This document shows positions 1-12,456 of a stretch of DNA of 64,000 bases, in pieces (the first letter of the stretch is position 1; each line of letters begins with the position of its first letter). This DNA is from Chrysomallon squamiferum. Taxonomy: Eukaryota; Animalia; Mollusca. Location of the stretch: the NCBI GenBank assembly GCA_012295275.1, contig CM022666.1, positions 4,712,001-4,776,000 of the forward strand, given 5' to 3'. A model generated the notes under the pieces. The model did not search any database. It worked only from the letters and a program-made list of their open reading frames with translations, and had not been told where the DNA came from. A program made the position numbers and the translations under genes.

Positions 1-1742
1 AATTTATACATTGCTGTTTAGGATTTTTCCACACCCAAATTTATTTGTATAAAAGTATTATTTCACTTATTTCATTTTATTATTTATATAAAATGATTAT
101 TTAACATATTACGTCAACGTGAAAAAATAATTACATCGCGGTAAATTCGATAAGTATCTAGCATTTATGCGCTGGCAGGTAAGAATAATATAAGCCACAG
201 AAAATACAGCACTCATTTTTATTTAAAATGGTATCTCGAAAATGCTTCAAAATGCATTTTTCCACGTCCAATTTCACTGGCATAATGTTACAGTTCTGTT
301 GTTATTAAGCAGAAAACTGAGTTATCAGATTCACGTTGCGATCTATTAACAATAACGTTCAAGGCAGTTTGAATTTCTGTCACTGAGAGGAAACCAGCCC
401 TGGACGTGATCTTTCGAGGACGATACAATATCAGCAAACAGAGCGGATATGTAGAATGAGGACCTGGCAAGCTTTGACATGTTTTGTCTGCCTTTGCACT
501 AAGCCAACAACGCGAGGTTTTAGGAACGGATAAAGAGAACTTTAACTCAAGTTCTGTTTTCAACCGAGTAAATGTTTCTACATAAGTGTTTAAAAAACCA
601 GGCGATGTATCTACGAAGGTGATTAAATGTGTTCTTGAAACTTTGACAGTACCTTAGTCAAGGTATTTTCCTTCTTGCTTGTCAAATTCGATGTCCGCTG
701 GTTTACGAGAACATCGAACTTTCCGCTATTAAGCCGTACCCGAGCTCACCGAATTGTTCGTTTTTGAATATTTCACAATAAAAACACATTTTAGTGATTT
801 AAGTAAATCATCAAAATCTATCGAGTGCGAGCTGTTTTCTAACTTCTTGGAAAAATAAGATGATTTGGCGGTAGAAACAGCAAATAAGCCATCATCACCT
901 TGGTTAGTCACCTGATCAAAACAGTGCCACTTGATTGGATGTTTATTTCACTTCACGGTATTGAATATTTATTCCGCGCTTTGCTATCTCAAGCTGTTTT
1001 TCACTTACTTTCATTTTGTTACATTGTCTTCATTCTTGGAAAGTTACATCGTTGATTGCTAATGTACCGTCACACTTTTCCCTATACATTTGTTTTAAGA
1101 GAAAAAACAATATATTTATTTTTAATTATTTCTTTAAAATCCTACCTCTTTCCAGTGATATAAATAACTTCGTACGAAAAACACTACTCCTTACACTCCT
1201 CAACAACTGGAAACAAATTTCGTGGCATCAGATACCAAGGTCTTCATTAGGAGGATTATCTGCTCCATTAGACATCGCTGTGCTGTCATATTGGATTTCA
1301 GTGGTGAGTATTTGTACACAGTGGTTTACAAGGCATTCACTGAAAATTGATAAATCAGACCTCGCATTTTCAAAAGAGAAATCTTTGCTATTTTTTTTTT
1401 TTTTTTTGACATCGCATAAGAATATTATCAATGTAAATATATCTTGATATTATTTATTTTACTTTTTTCTTTGAAAGAATATTATACAGAACTATATGTA
1501 CGTGTGTATATTGTATGTGAATTTCTTAAGTTTCATATTTTATAACCACTTGGCGATTCTGTACAAGTGTAAATTTTTGGTTTGCTGAAATAATGTGTTA
1601 TATAGGTGTGTGTATATTGTATCTGTGTACGTGTGCGGGTGTGTGTATTTATCTTGGTATTATTTATTACTAATAACTTTTTGTTTTCTTTGGGTTATGT
1701 TTTACAGATTACTTCTAAAGGAAATAAAAGTTGTTACACAAA

Positions 1743-3740
1743 ATGGTACCAGTTCGTCCAGTCCTTGCCATTCCTCTTATGGTACTAAACTTCATACTCA
1801 TCAGTTTCATTGTATCTGTAACATTAAACGAATTTCTGAACAGAGAAACCAGCTTGTTGTTTGACAAGGAACTGTGTGTGAAAATCTCGTGCAAACCAGG
1901 AGAAAACTGTTGTGATGACAAATCTACGACCAGAACCAGGAACAATACCACGTATTGCTGTTACAGAGATGGAGAAAAAGTAATCAGTGAAATTATGAAA
2001 AAGGTAAATTCTGTATTTAGTTCTAAAAACTTATATTCCATAAATACATTAAATGAAAAAAAATATTGTTTTCTGTAGATATGAAATTAAGAAAAGGTAA
2101 ATTCTCTATAAAATAAAAAAGTTAAAAATTATAAATGAAATTAAAAAAAAAAAAAAAGAAAAAAAAGAAAAGAAAGATCAGTATATGTTTAATAATATTA
2201 GAATTATGAAAAGGAGAAATTAATAGTTCTGAAAAATATTTATAAATTTAATATTGATTATTGTAGACTAGTTTCAAATTGGTTATTAACATTCTTTTTA
2301 GAAACTGAGTGAAAGTCATACAAAAGCTGAGAAAAGTGGTAAGTTAATACAGACACATATATACACACTCAGACATACATAAAAAGACAAAGTCGCAGAA
2401 ACACCGACTCACACAAGAAAAGTCATAAACATATACATATACAAACACAGACACACAAACATACAGAAAAAGACCCACACACAAACAGAAACATTCAGGC
2501 ACACATATTTAAATATCCACAAAAGTTTTTATAATTATGTATTTGTATGTACGTGCATATTTGTGTACAGTCTATGTATGTAAACACGTACAAGTGTATA
2601 TTTATGTGTGTGTATTTATATATGTGTATGTATGTGCGTGTTTCAGAGATGTCGCTGAGCTTTTGAATTTAGATAATAAAATCAACGTGTACGAATCTAT
2701 GTATGTATGAATATATATATTTATACATGTATCAGTAGTCTATATGTGTCTATATATATTTCAGAACAGAAACTTAAACAGATCAGAGAGGTCGCTTACA
2801 AACTGAATAATAAAAACAATGTGAAGACTACGGCTCATCTACAAATGGAAGTAAATGCAACATATGACAAAAGTAAGAAAACAAGTAGTAGTAGCAGTGG
2901 TAGCAGTAGAAATAGTAATAGTAGTAGCAGTAGTAGAGTACTAGTAATAGTAGTATTAGAGTAGTAGTAATAGTAATAGAGTAGTAGTATTAGTAGCAGA
3001 GTAATTTTACTCTGTAAAAAGAGGTGATTTGGTAATAAATGTGGTAGTAAAATAGAAGTAATAGTAGTAGTTGGTCTGGTAAAAGTAGTTGTAGTAGTAG
3101 TAGTTGGTCTGGTAAAAGTAGTTGTAGTAGTAATCACATAGATATTAGTAGTGGTTAGGAAATAATAGAAGAAATTGTGATAACAATGGTATTAGCAAGT
3201 TAGTAGTAAAAATATCAATGATGGTACTAAAGTAGTCAATAGCAGGAGTTTGTAGTAGTTATAGAAATATATTAGTAATACTAACTACAACTGTTGACAA
3301 TTTAAAATAAAAATATTATTTAAAAGTCATTTCTTCTTACAAACTTTTCAGACACACTGAAGCCTCTCATCAAATGGACGTCGTCTGGTAAAAGATCGTT
3401 TGTGAAAGGAGCTGCAGCTGTTGTCGCTGACGGGATTCAAGTCAAACACGCTGCTTACTACTTCATATACAGCAACGTTTTATTCCATGCCAACCAAGTC
3501 AGAGAGCTAGAATACGCTAGGCTGTGTCACTCAATTGAAATATATCCAAATTATGAAGTCCTCTACAGAAATCCTCAAACAACATGCAAAGTACGAAGAC
3601 ACCAGGAAGGTTTTGTTACTTCCTACATTGGAGCTGTTTACTACCTGAAAGCCAATGACACTGTAGTGGTGAGAACATCACTTGTGAACAGAATTTTGAG
3701 AGATCCTGAGACAACCTACTTTGGCCTGTATATGCTTTGA
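1743..3740 (+). CDS. TNF-superfamily ligand, copy 1 (type II membrane protein, 264 aa; coding exons 1743-2003, 2302-2338, 2765-2872, 3352-3740)
   Basis: Four GT-AG exons join in phase (0,1,1) to give a 795-nt ORF; an in-frame TAA at 1725 precedes the ATG. The protein has a hydrophobic stretch (VLAIPLMVLNFILISFIVSVTL), a Cys-rich stalk and TNF-homology-domain motifs TAHLQ, IKW, GIQV-x3-AYYFIYSNVLF, SYIGAVYYLKANDTVVV and C-terminal TYFGLYML. Confidence 0.92.
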
Positions 3741-6725
3741 GAGGCCTGAACTATAATTAACAATATATAATTTTCAGTTTTCTAAGTATTTTTTCTTTTG
3801 GGGTGTGTGTTTTTTTTTTTATTAATATTTCTCAGAAGTAACAAATATGATTGTTCAAGAACTGAGCTTTTCGCCCAGGCTGTAAATAGTTCATCAAAAT
3901 CAACACACTAAGCCGACCGGATTGGAACATTTCTCATCATACAAAAAAAAAAAAACATCATTTTTCATTAATCAACAATTTTTACTACAGAAAAACATAG
4001 AGTAACATCTGCTTTGGAAACAGGGACTTTTTTCTCTATCTCCGGTAAAATGACATTTTCTATAATGTTGGAGTCGTGGTTTAATATTATCACTGATATC
4101 AACATGACTGGAATCGCTGCTGGCTTGTACTTTATGAAGAAATTAGGACAAAACACCCATAGAAATGAATACTTGAAAAACTTGATGTATTCAGTATGAA
4201 CATCTATGTATTTTCTTTAAATAGCAGACATTCATGACAAATAAATAATTTCAAATACTCAAAAATAATAATATCAGTTTCTAATTTATTCATCTGATTT
4301 TATGAGATAAATAAATAAATAAGAATGAGCGTGCAGTTCACGAAACCATGCTGTTTGTTCAGGACTGATTTGTATCACTGGAACCCGAGAGTCATGAATA
4401 CTAACAAGTAACAGATAATTTTGTGTTACTTAGCTCCAATAACAAAGTTACAAAGTATTTTTACAACATATACACACAGACACATATACTTACACGTATT
4501 TATTATTTAAAACGTTTTTTTTATACTCTAATAACATTATTTGGATAGTTGCCAGTATTTTGAATAACAAAATATTAACACTATTTTTTTGGCTTGTTTC
4601 CAACTCCTTGAAGGTTTCCGAGAAGTAATGAATATTAATTTAGTTCGGGGACTGGGTTTTCCACCCAAGCTATAAATAGTTGTCAGGTCACTAGGTAAAG
4701 TTATCAACCGAATTAATAATAGACGGATTTAGAAAGTATGAATGCACTATTATTGATATAAATAAATAGATCTGCTGTTGTGGTTGTTGTTGTTATTGTT
4801 GTTGAAAATGAATATGAACACCGATACTTTTCTAATTTGTATTATTATTATTTTTCAGGTCTGTTCATTAACAAAGCAGTAACTAGGTCATGAACGCCAT
4901 TTGCAAGACAGTGCGTGCACCCATTCATAAAACTGTTTTGAAAATGTTTGTGTATGTTTGTGTGTTTCTTAAGATTAAGGTTTCTGAGAAATAATAAATA
5001 ACATTCTTCTAGAACTGAGCTTTCCATCCAGGCTATAAATTGTACGTCATAATCAGTAATAAATAAAAATTGTAAAACAAAAAGAAAAACAAGAAAGAAA
5101 AAAAAAAGGCAAAAACATAATTAATTAAAACAACGGTTAAAAATAAATAAATAATTAAACAACAAAATTAAAATTAAAGAAAAACAAAATGTATAAGAGT
5201 ATATGTGTGTGTGCGCGCGCACAGTATGATAGTAAATGATAGTAAAAACACTATACACTATTGCGCGTCCTAACTCTTGTTAATACGCATGCGCATGTAT
5301 TGAAGAAAGCTAAAATTTATATCACGTGATGGCTCCCCTTTCGTCTGTTGGATACAGTGACCTTGACATACTGATTGTTTACTGGAATAACCAGAATGTT
5401 ATACTATTATAAACACGTTCCTACGCGTTTTGGAAAGTCTTGGAAAGTATTGGAAATTCGCCACAGTGTTTTCAAGGGTCTCTAACGTTTTGGAAAATTA
5501 TGTCCAAGCCGTAAATAAAATGTATGAAAAACTGGTTTGTTTCACTAATATTTAGACCCGATTCAACGCCCTGTTTTAGCCAATATAGCGTAGCCAATGA
5601 AAATGGTTCCATTTTCAGGTTGTCTGAGGAAACCCATAAGGAGTAGTATTTCGGGCATTTTAAAACTGTGGAAATAAGAAGAAAGTAACGCGACAACTTT
5701 TTATGAAACAATATTTCTGTATCTATATTTCTGGCAGTCTGTCCACTCCAAGAACAAAAGCTGTCCCAAAACTAATCCTACATCTGCAAGTATTTGTAAA
5801 GAGGCATGCGCGGAAAAGTGACAGGAAGTTATTAATTAACATAATTTATATATATAATCATGCATCTCATCAGACGGTCTTCTCTGCTTGTTAAATAAGA
5901 TTTTATTTAATAATTTCAGTTTTTATTATCTCTGAAGTGTCAAGAACGTTGTATTTACGTTTATATGAGATGGAAATATCACCAACGTAGAATGAAATTT
6001 ACACACTGCTGTCAAAAATACGTTATTGGTTACAGGATTCGCTTGGCTGGTCCTAATGTAGTAAATATTATCTATATTATTGTACTACTCGTAGTTTATT
6101 AATATGATTACTGTGTTTTTTAATTTAACAACGTCACTAAATACATTTTTAATCAACCGTTACATAACCCCCTATTTAGTGTTAAAGACCACATAGATAT
6201 ACATCGTAAGATAAAATTCTACTCCGGAAAACAACGCACTCTACTTTGTTTTGAAAAAAAGCCAGGAATAATTCATATAAATATATAATTACATAGCTTA
6301 ATCTACTTAATATTGATGTATGTAATAAATAAATAAACAGTACAACAAAAATAACTTTTTAATAACTAAACGCAAAATAAAATATATTACAGTCATTTAT
6401 CTGATTATCACACATCTTTTCTTCAAACGCTTGCTTCATAGGAAAAGTTTCGAAAAGTAACAGACGGATAGAGTTCTCTGAAAAAAAGAAAGAAAAAATA
6501 ATAAAAACAATAATGATGAGGATGAGGGTGAATACTCAGGACATATTGTTGGAGCTACTAAAAAAATTCGATTAAATGAAATACAAATATTAAACGTATT
6601 TTAAAATATTGGTAATTATTTTTATTTTTATCTCTTTCTCTGCCCATTCAGTCTTTCCCCAGTTCCGTTGTTTCTCTGTTTAATCTATCTAAATTGTCTC
6701 CCTTTATTGGTACTAGTATATGCAT

Positions 6726-6827
<102 letters not shown>

Positions 6828-7146
6828 TGTCCCTGTTATGTACATTTTCTGCAGTTTTCTAACGAACGTATAATTTGTTATTAAGAATAACGATATGATT
6901 TACACATAAATTATCAGAGGATTCATCGTGAAAAAAAAGTAGTATATGATACCACTGCCCGGTCACAGCTCATTCTCTTTATGTACATATAATAACTTGT
7001 GGTTAAACAACACTTACACATTCCACCAGCAGTAGATACCAATGCCTATAACTAACACAACTGTTCCTGGATCTATTGCAATAGTTACGTAATAAACCTC
7101 TGAAATAAACAAACAACTAATCATAGAAATAAATAAATAAATAAAT

Positions 7147-7214
<68 letters not shown>

Positions 7215-7638
7215 TAATAATAATAATAATGACAGTAATATTAATAATAATGTTGAATAAAATTTAGTAAAATAAAGATATGATATTAAAAACTTTAGAT
7301 TTGCTCTGTTTGTTTTCCAGACTGAAAACTTTTCGTATCTTTCTCGTACTCTGACTCTCCATCTCACACAGAGGCACGCACACGCACACACACACACACA
7401 CGTACACACACATCGAACAGTTAATACGTTTCTTCGCCTTTTACCTATTTACTTATTTATGTATTTATAGTGGACTAAATCAGCTGTAGAGTATTTATAA
7501 TTATAATCAATTCTGTTACAATTAGTAGTATCTCTATGAAATACTCTCTACGTTATTGTGTTGAAAACTAAGCTTTATTTTAACATTGCGTTAAATAGGT
7601 TTCAGGTATTCTCGACTTTTGTAAGTTTGAAAAGAAAG

Positions 7639-7746
<108 letters not shown>

Positions 7747-7830
7747 GAAATATTGAGAAGATTTATTTGCATACACTATTAGAAACCCAATAGGTATTTC
7801 TATAATACAAACAGTGAATCATCTTGACAG

Positions 7831-8912
7831 CTGATGACGAAGGTAACCATGACGTATTTAGAGAGAAAACTGAAAAGCTAAAACTCTGTTTGAAAATATT
7901 CGACTATTTTAAGAATTTCTGAAATTCAGGTGAATATTAAATGTACCTGTTTTCGTACAGGTGTATTTTGAAATTTTGGGTATTGGTTTGGAATGTGTGA
8001 ATGTATGTTTGTGAGTATGTCTATAGATGTGTGTGTGTACATGCATATGCACATGGTGTTTGTGTGTGTTTGTATTCGTGTGCATGTTTGTGTGTGTGAT
8101 ATGTGTCTATGCATGTTTGTGTGTGTGGTATGTGTATGTGTATGTGTGTTTTGTAGGTAATGGTAGGTGTATGTGTATGCCTGTCTGTATGTGTTTACAT
8201 GTTTGTGTGTGTGGTATGTGTCTATACATGTGTGTTTTGTAGGTAATGGTAGGTATGTGTATGCCTGTCTCTATGTGTTTACATGTTTGTGTGTGTGGTA
8301 TGTGTCTATACATTTGTGTTTTGTATGTAATGGTAGGTATGTGTATGCGTGTCTCTGTGTGTTTACATGTTTGTGTTTGATAGATAATTATGTACTAGGT
8401 AGGTTAATGGTGGCGAATATTCGTTTTTATTGATGTAGTACAACAGACGTCTGTATTCCGTGTATTTGTGTGTGTGTTTATATATGTATATTAGTGTATA
8501 TCAGTGCAGAAGTCTAGACAGAGAATATTAAGGAAGGTAACTCTTTCGTACTTAAGGACCATTTTCTCAAATAATGATCCTTGTTGTTGTTGTAATATCA
8601 TTGTCATCATTATTATTTATATTTTTAAGGATTTTACCGCTTTTGTTGTTGTTATTGTTATTGTAATTATTATTGTTGATGAAATTTTTTGGCAGTTAAT
8701 ATTTTGTTTCAGTTTTAGTTTTCATCCTTGTAGTCTAAACACTGTTTATCTCAAATACTGTTGTCACTATTATTATTATTATGATTATTTATGTATGAAT
8801 GTATATATGTATGTGTATGAGAGTACATACATATATTTCTGGCTGATATGTGTATCCATGTTTATATGTCCGTGTCTATTAATACATGAGTATTAGTGTG
8901 AGCTTGTTGTGC

Positions 8913-8943
<31 letters not shown>

Positions 8944-8948
8944 TATAG

Positions 8949-8993
<45 letters not shown>

Positions 8994-10794
8994 CTAAGGA
9001 AGATAACTCTTTAATACTCAAGGACCTTTATCTCACAAAATGCTTGTTGTTGTTAATGTAATATCATTATTAGAATTATTTGTACTATTATTGTTATTGC
9101 TGTTGTTATTATTTATGGCTATTGTTATTGAAATTATTATAGCTGATGACATTTTTTGGCAGTTAATATTTTGTTTCAGTTTTATTTTTCATCCAGGTAG
9201 TCTAAACACTTTTTATCTCAAATGCTGTTGTCAGTGTAGTTGTGTGTCTCCTTTTTTATGGCGGTGTACACGTGTCAGAGGTTGTACTAACCAAACAAAA
9301 TTTCAACAGACTGGGTCTCCATTATGATATGGTAAGTGTTATCTGTGAGTTTATTTATTTATTTTTAAATACTTCTTTTTTTAGTTGATTTCTTTTTTTT
9401 AATCCGTATGTAACGAAATGGAAGAAAAGGTACAGAATGACGCAATTTGAACATCCAGGGATACAGTATTATTCCAGTACAGTACATACCATGTAACTTA
9501 TATATCCAGGTAGGGATACATTATTAAAGATTAATTGAGTACAGTTCTTTTCATGTAAATTTATATTCCAGGGAAATGGTATTAAAGATTAATATATTCC
9601 AGTACACACCATGCATTTTACATATCCACGGTGAAACTATTAAAGATTACATAACAGAGATTATAATTATAATTTAGCATTAGATTTTATTCCAGTAAAT
9701 ACACATATATAATTTATATATCCAAGAATATAATATTACAGATTCAGTATAGTAAATATTATGTATCCTGTGTATCATCCTATGGTGTAGCGTTTACTGT
9801 GTATATATTAGTGTGTATATTAATAAAACCAGATTATTTTAGATAGCTTGTATTCTGTGTATCATTTTATAAATGAGGTTCTATGGTGTAGAGTATAAAT
9901 GAATACATTAATGTGTATAGTCAAGGATATAATATTAAAGATTATTACAATACAGTACATACCATGTAATTTATATATCCAGGTAGGAATACATTATTAA
10001 AGACTAACAGAGTACAGTATTTATCATGTAATTTATATATCCAGGTAGGGATACATTATTAAAGACTAATAGAGTACAGTACTTATCATGTAATTTATAT
10101 ATCCAGGTAGGGATCCATTATTAAAGACTAATAGAGTACAGTATTTATCATGTAATTTATATATCCAGGTAGGGATCCATTAATAAAGATGAATAGAGTA
10201 CAGTATTTATCATGTAATTTATATATCCAGATAGGGATGTATTATTAAAGACTAATAGAGTACATTATTTATCATGTAATTTATATATCCGGGCATAGAT
10301 AGAAAATGAAAGAATTTAACAAGTCATGACAGAGAGTTTTATCAAATATAATTTTAAAAGTGTAAGTGCATTTGTCTTAGGTGTGTTTATGTGAGAACTC
10401 AGATTATATTTGTACATATCTGAGTGTTTAACAACCTTAAAAACACTAATAGAAGTAATATCTTTTCTTATATTTGTTTAAATTTTAATTATCTGTTTTT
10501 ATAATTTACTTAATTTACTGGATCTACATAAGAAGGTAAATTATTTCTGTCTAAGATGGTCTCTTGAATACTAATATTCTTTTAATTCCAGTTGTAAAGA
10601 ATATTTTATTTGTTAGTATGTAATTATTATAGTTACTTTATTGTTATCATTATTAGTTAAACTAGTGATTTATTAATTTAATTAATGAATATTTTTTTGT
10701 ACAGTTTCATTTAATTTACAGTTGTTATCACTTAATTACTTATCCTTATTAATTATTAATGAATTAATTATATATATATATTTTTAAATTTCTG

Positions 10795-10858
<64 letters not shown>

Positions 10859-11030
10859 ACTAAACTTATTCCATGAAATTAATTCATTTTGTTTCACTTT
10901 CTCTCTTTTCATCTTTTAACAGATCTGGTTTTGTCAGGCTAAGAACAATTTTTCAAACCAGCGAGGATCAGACAATGAAAGATGCATGAAAAGAAATTAA
11001 TTTAAAACCTAAAAATATTACATTCTCATA
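7831..11030 (+). pseudogene. Second copy of the membrane-protein pseudogene fragment (exons 7831-7929, 9180-9331, 10923-about 11030)
   Basis: Homologous to 54022-55680 with conserved AG acceptors and GT donors (ATG|GTAAGT at 9331/2). Contains in-frame stops. Confidence 0.58.
9955..10290. repeat. 62-bp minisatellite, about 5.5 copies
   Basis: catgtaatttatatatcc starts at 9963, 10025, 10087, 10149, 10211 and 10273. Confidence 0.9.
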
Positions 11031-11289
11031 AGTAAGAACAAAGGTTGTCATGGCCATCATCCTACATCATCATTCAGATTTTCACTGTCATCATCATTAT
11101 TCAGAATTTTACTGTCAACATCATCATTCAAAAATGCAGTGCCAACCTCATCGTTCATAATTTTATTGTCTACATCATCATCCAGAATTTTATTAACAAA
11201 ATAATCACTGACAGTCCTCATCGTTCACAAAAAATGGACTCTGCTTCAGGTTTTATTTACTATTATTTTAGGTTTTACTCACATTGTGC

Positions 11290-11900
11290 AATGGATATTA
11301 TTGAACAATAGATGTTCTATTTACAATGGATGTTCTTGTACAATAGATGTTCTATGTACAATGGATGCGCTTGCACACTCGATATTCTGTGTACAATGGA
11401 TGCTCTAGTACAGTTAATATTCTATGTACAACATATGTTCTTCTGCCGTGGATGTACTGTATACAGTGAATGTTCTACAGTCTGTGTCCTGTGTAAAAAG
11501 ATGATCTTGTACAGATGTTCTGTATACACTGTACATTGGATGCTCAAGTACAGTAGATGTTCAGTGTTCAGTGAATGTTCTTGTATGGTAGATGTTCTGT
11601 ACAAAATGGATGTTCTGCTGCAAATGTTCTATGTACAAAGATGGATTTGAACAGTTGATGTTCTAAACATGTACATCTGTGAATGTTGTAAATATAATTA
11701 ATGTTAAATGATAATGAATACTCCATGCATAGTGGCTTTTCTTTGTACAGTGAATATGTAATGTATGTACTACTGATGGTCTGTGTTCAGTAAATCTGTA
11801 CTGTGGACGTTCTACAAACACTGAATGTGTTCTAAGGATGTTCTGTGTAAAATGAATGTGTGATGTATTCAGTGAATAAATATTTACATATTGTTTTTCT
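11290..11900. repeat. Degenerate gatgttct-gtaca short-period repeat; homologs at 14040-14520 and 55960-56310
   Basis: Recurrent tggatgttct/tagatgttct…gtaca motif. Confidence 0.7.
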
Positions 11901-12456
11901 ATATAAACTGACTGATGAAAGTTAAATGTTCACTGATTGGTTTAAAATGAATAATACAAGTTAAGTGTTCTTTATACAGTATGTACTCATGCATTGAAAA
12001 GATAAGAGTACTAAATATTTATATATATGTTACATCTGAAATTTCATGGAAAATTTGCATAATAAATAATCGATTTAAGGCATTACTGTTTTATCAGAAT
12101 AAGAATTTTGTTTTTAGAAGTATTTCAGAATCGTAATTATTAGGATTATTAATTTTATTATAGCTATCATCATCATAATTATCATCAATTTTATTATCAT
12201 CATAATCATCATTAAGGTTATTACCACCATGATCTTCTTCATCCATGTTTATATGTCCATGTCTATTTATACGTGAGTATTAGTGTAATCTTGTTGTGCA
12301 TATATATGCTGAAAACATGCTTGTTGTTGTTAATGTAATATCATGATTATTATTATTTTTACTATTATTGTTATTGCTGTTGTTATTATTTATAACTATT
12401 GTTATTGTAATTATTGTTGCTGATGACATTTTTGGGCAGTTAATATCTTATTTCAG

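Noticed and set aside
288-720. GIMAP/AIG1 GTPase resemblance (ITFVDTSPGF … SLPGPH on the minus strand)
   Set aside because: There is no G1 P-loop, the motif spacing is too long, and there are in-frame stops. This is insufficient without a profile search.
1016-1447. 143-aa plus-strand ORF and overlapping 67-aa minus-strand ORF
   Set aside because: The plus-strand ORF has a non-ATG start and no recognisable motif, and the segment is absent from the homologous intron of copy 3.
1731-2078. Single-exon 115-aa ORF as a standalone gene (and equivalents at 39134, 48564 and 59659)
   Set aside because: It starts at TTG before the true ATG and reads through the AAG|GTAAAT donor. It is the first coding exon of the spliced TNF gene.
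2873-3300. Poly-Ser / poly-Thr ORFs between TNF coding exons 3 and 4
   Set aside because: Intronic (AGT)n repeat after a clear GTAAG donor.
4270-4520. AU-rich (ATTTA) instability elements in the TNF 3' region
   Set aside because: ATTTA is ubiquitous in this AT-rich window and the 3'UTR end is unknown, so the motifs are not distinguishable from background.
11045-11650. Repeated ORFs IIIQNFTVNIIIQ / MFYVQWMFLYNRC (also 13772-14379 and 55694-56212)
   Set aside because: They derive from short-period degenerate DNA repeats, have non-ATG or frame-inconsistent starts between copies, and show no recognisable domain.
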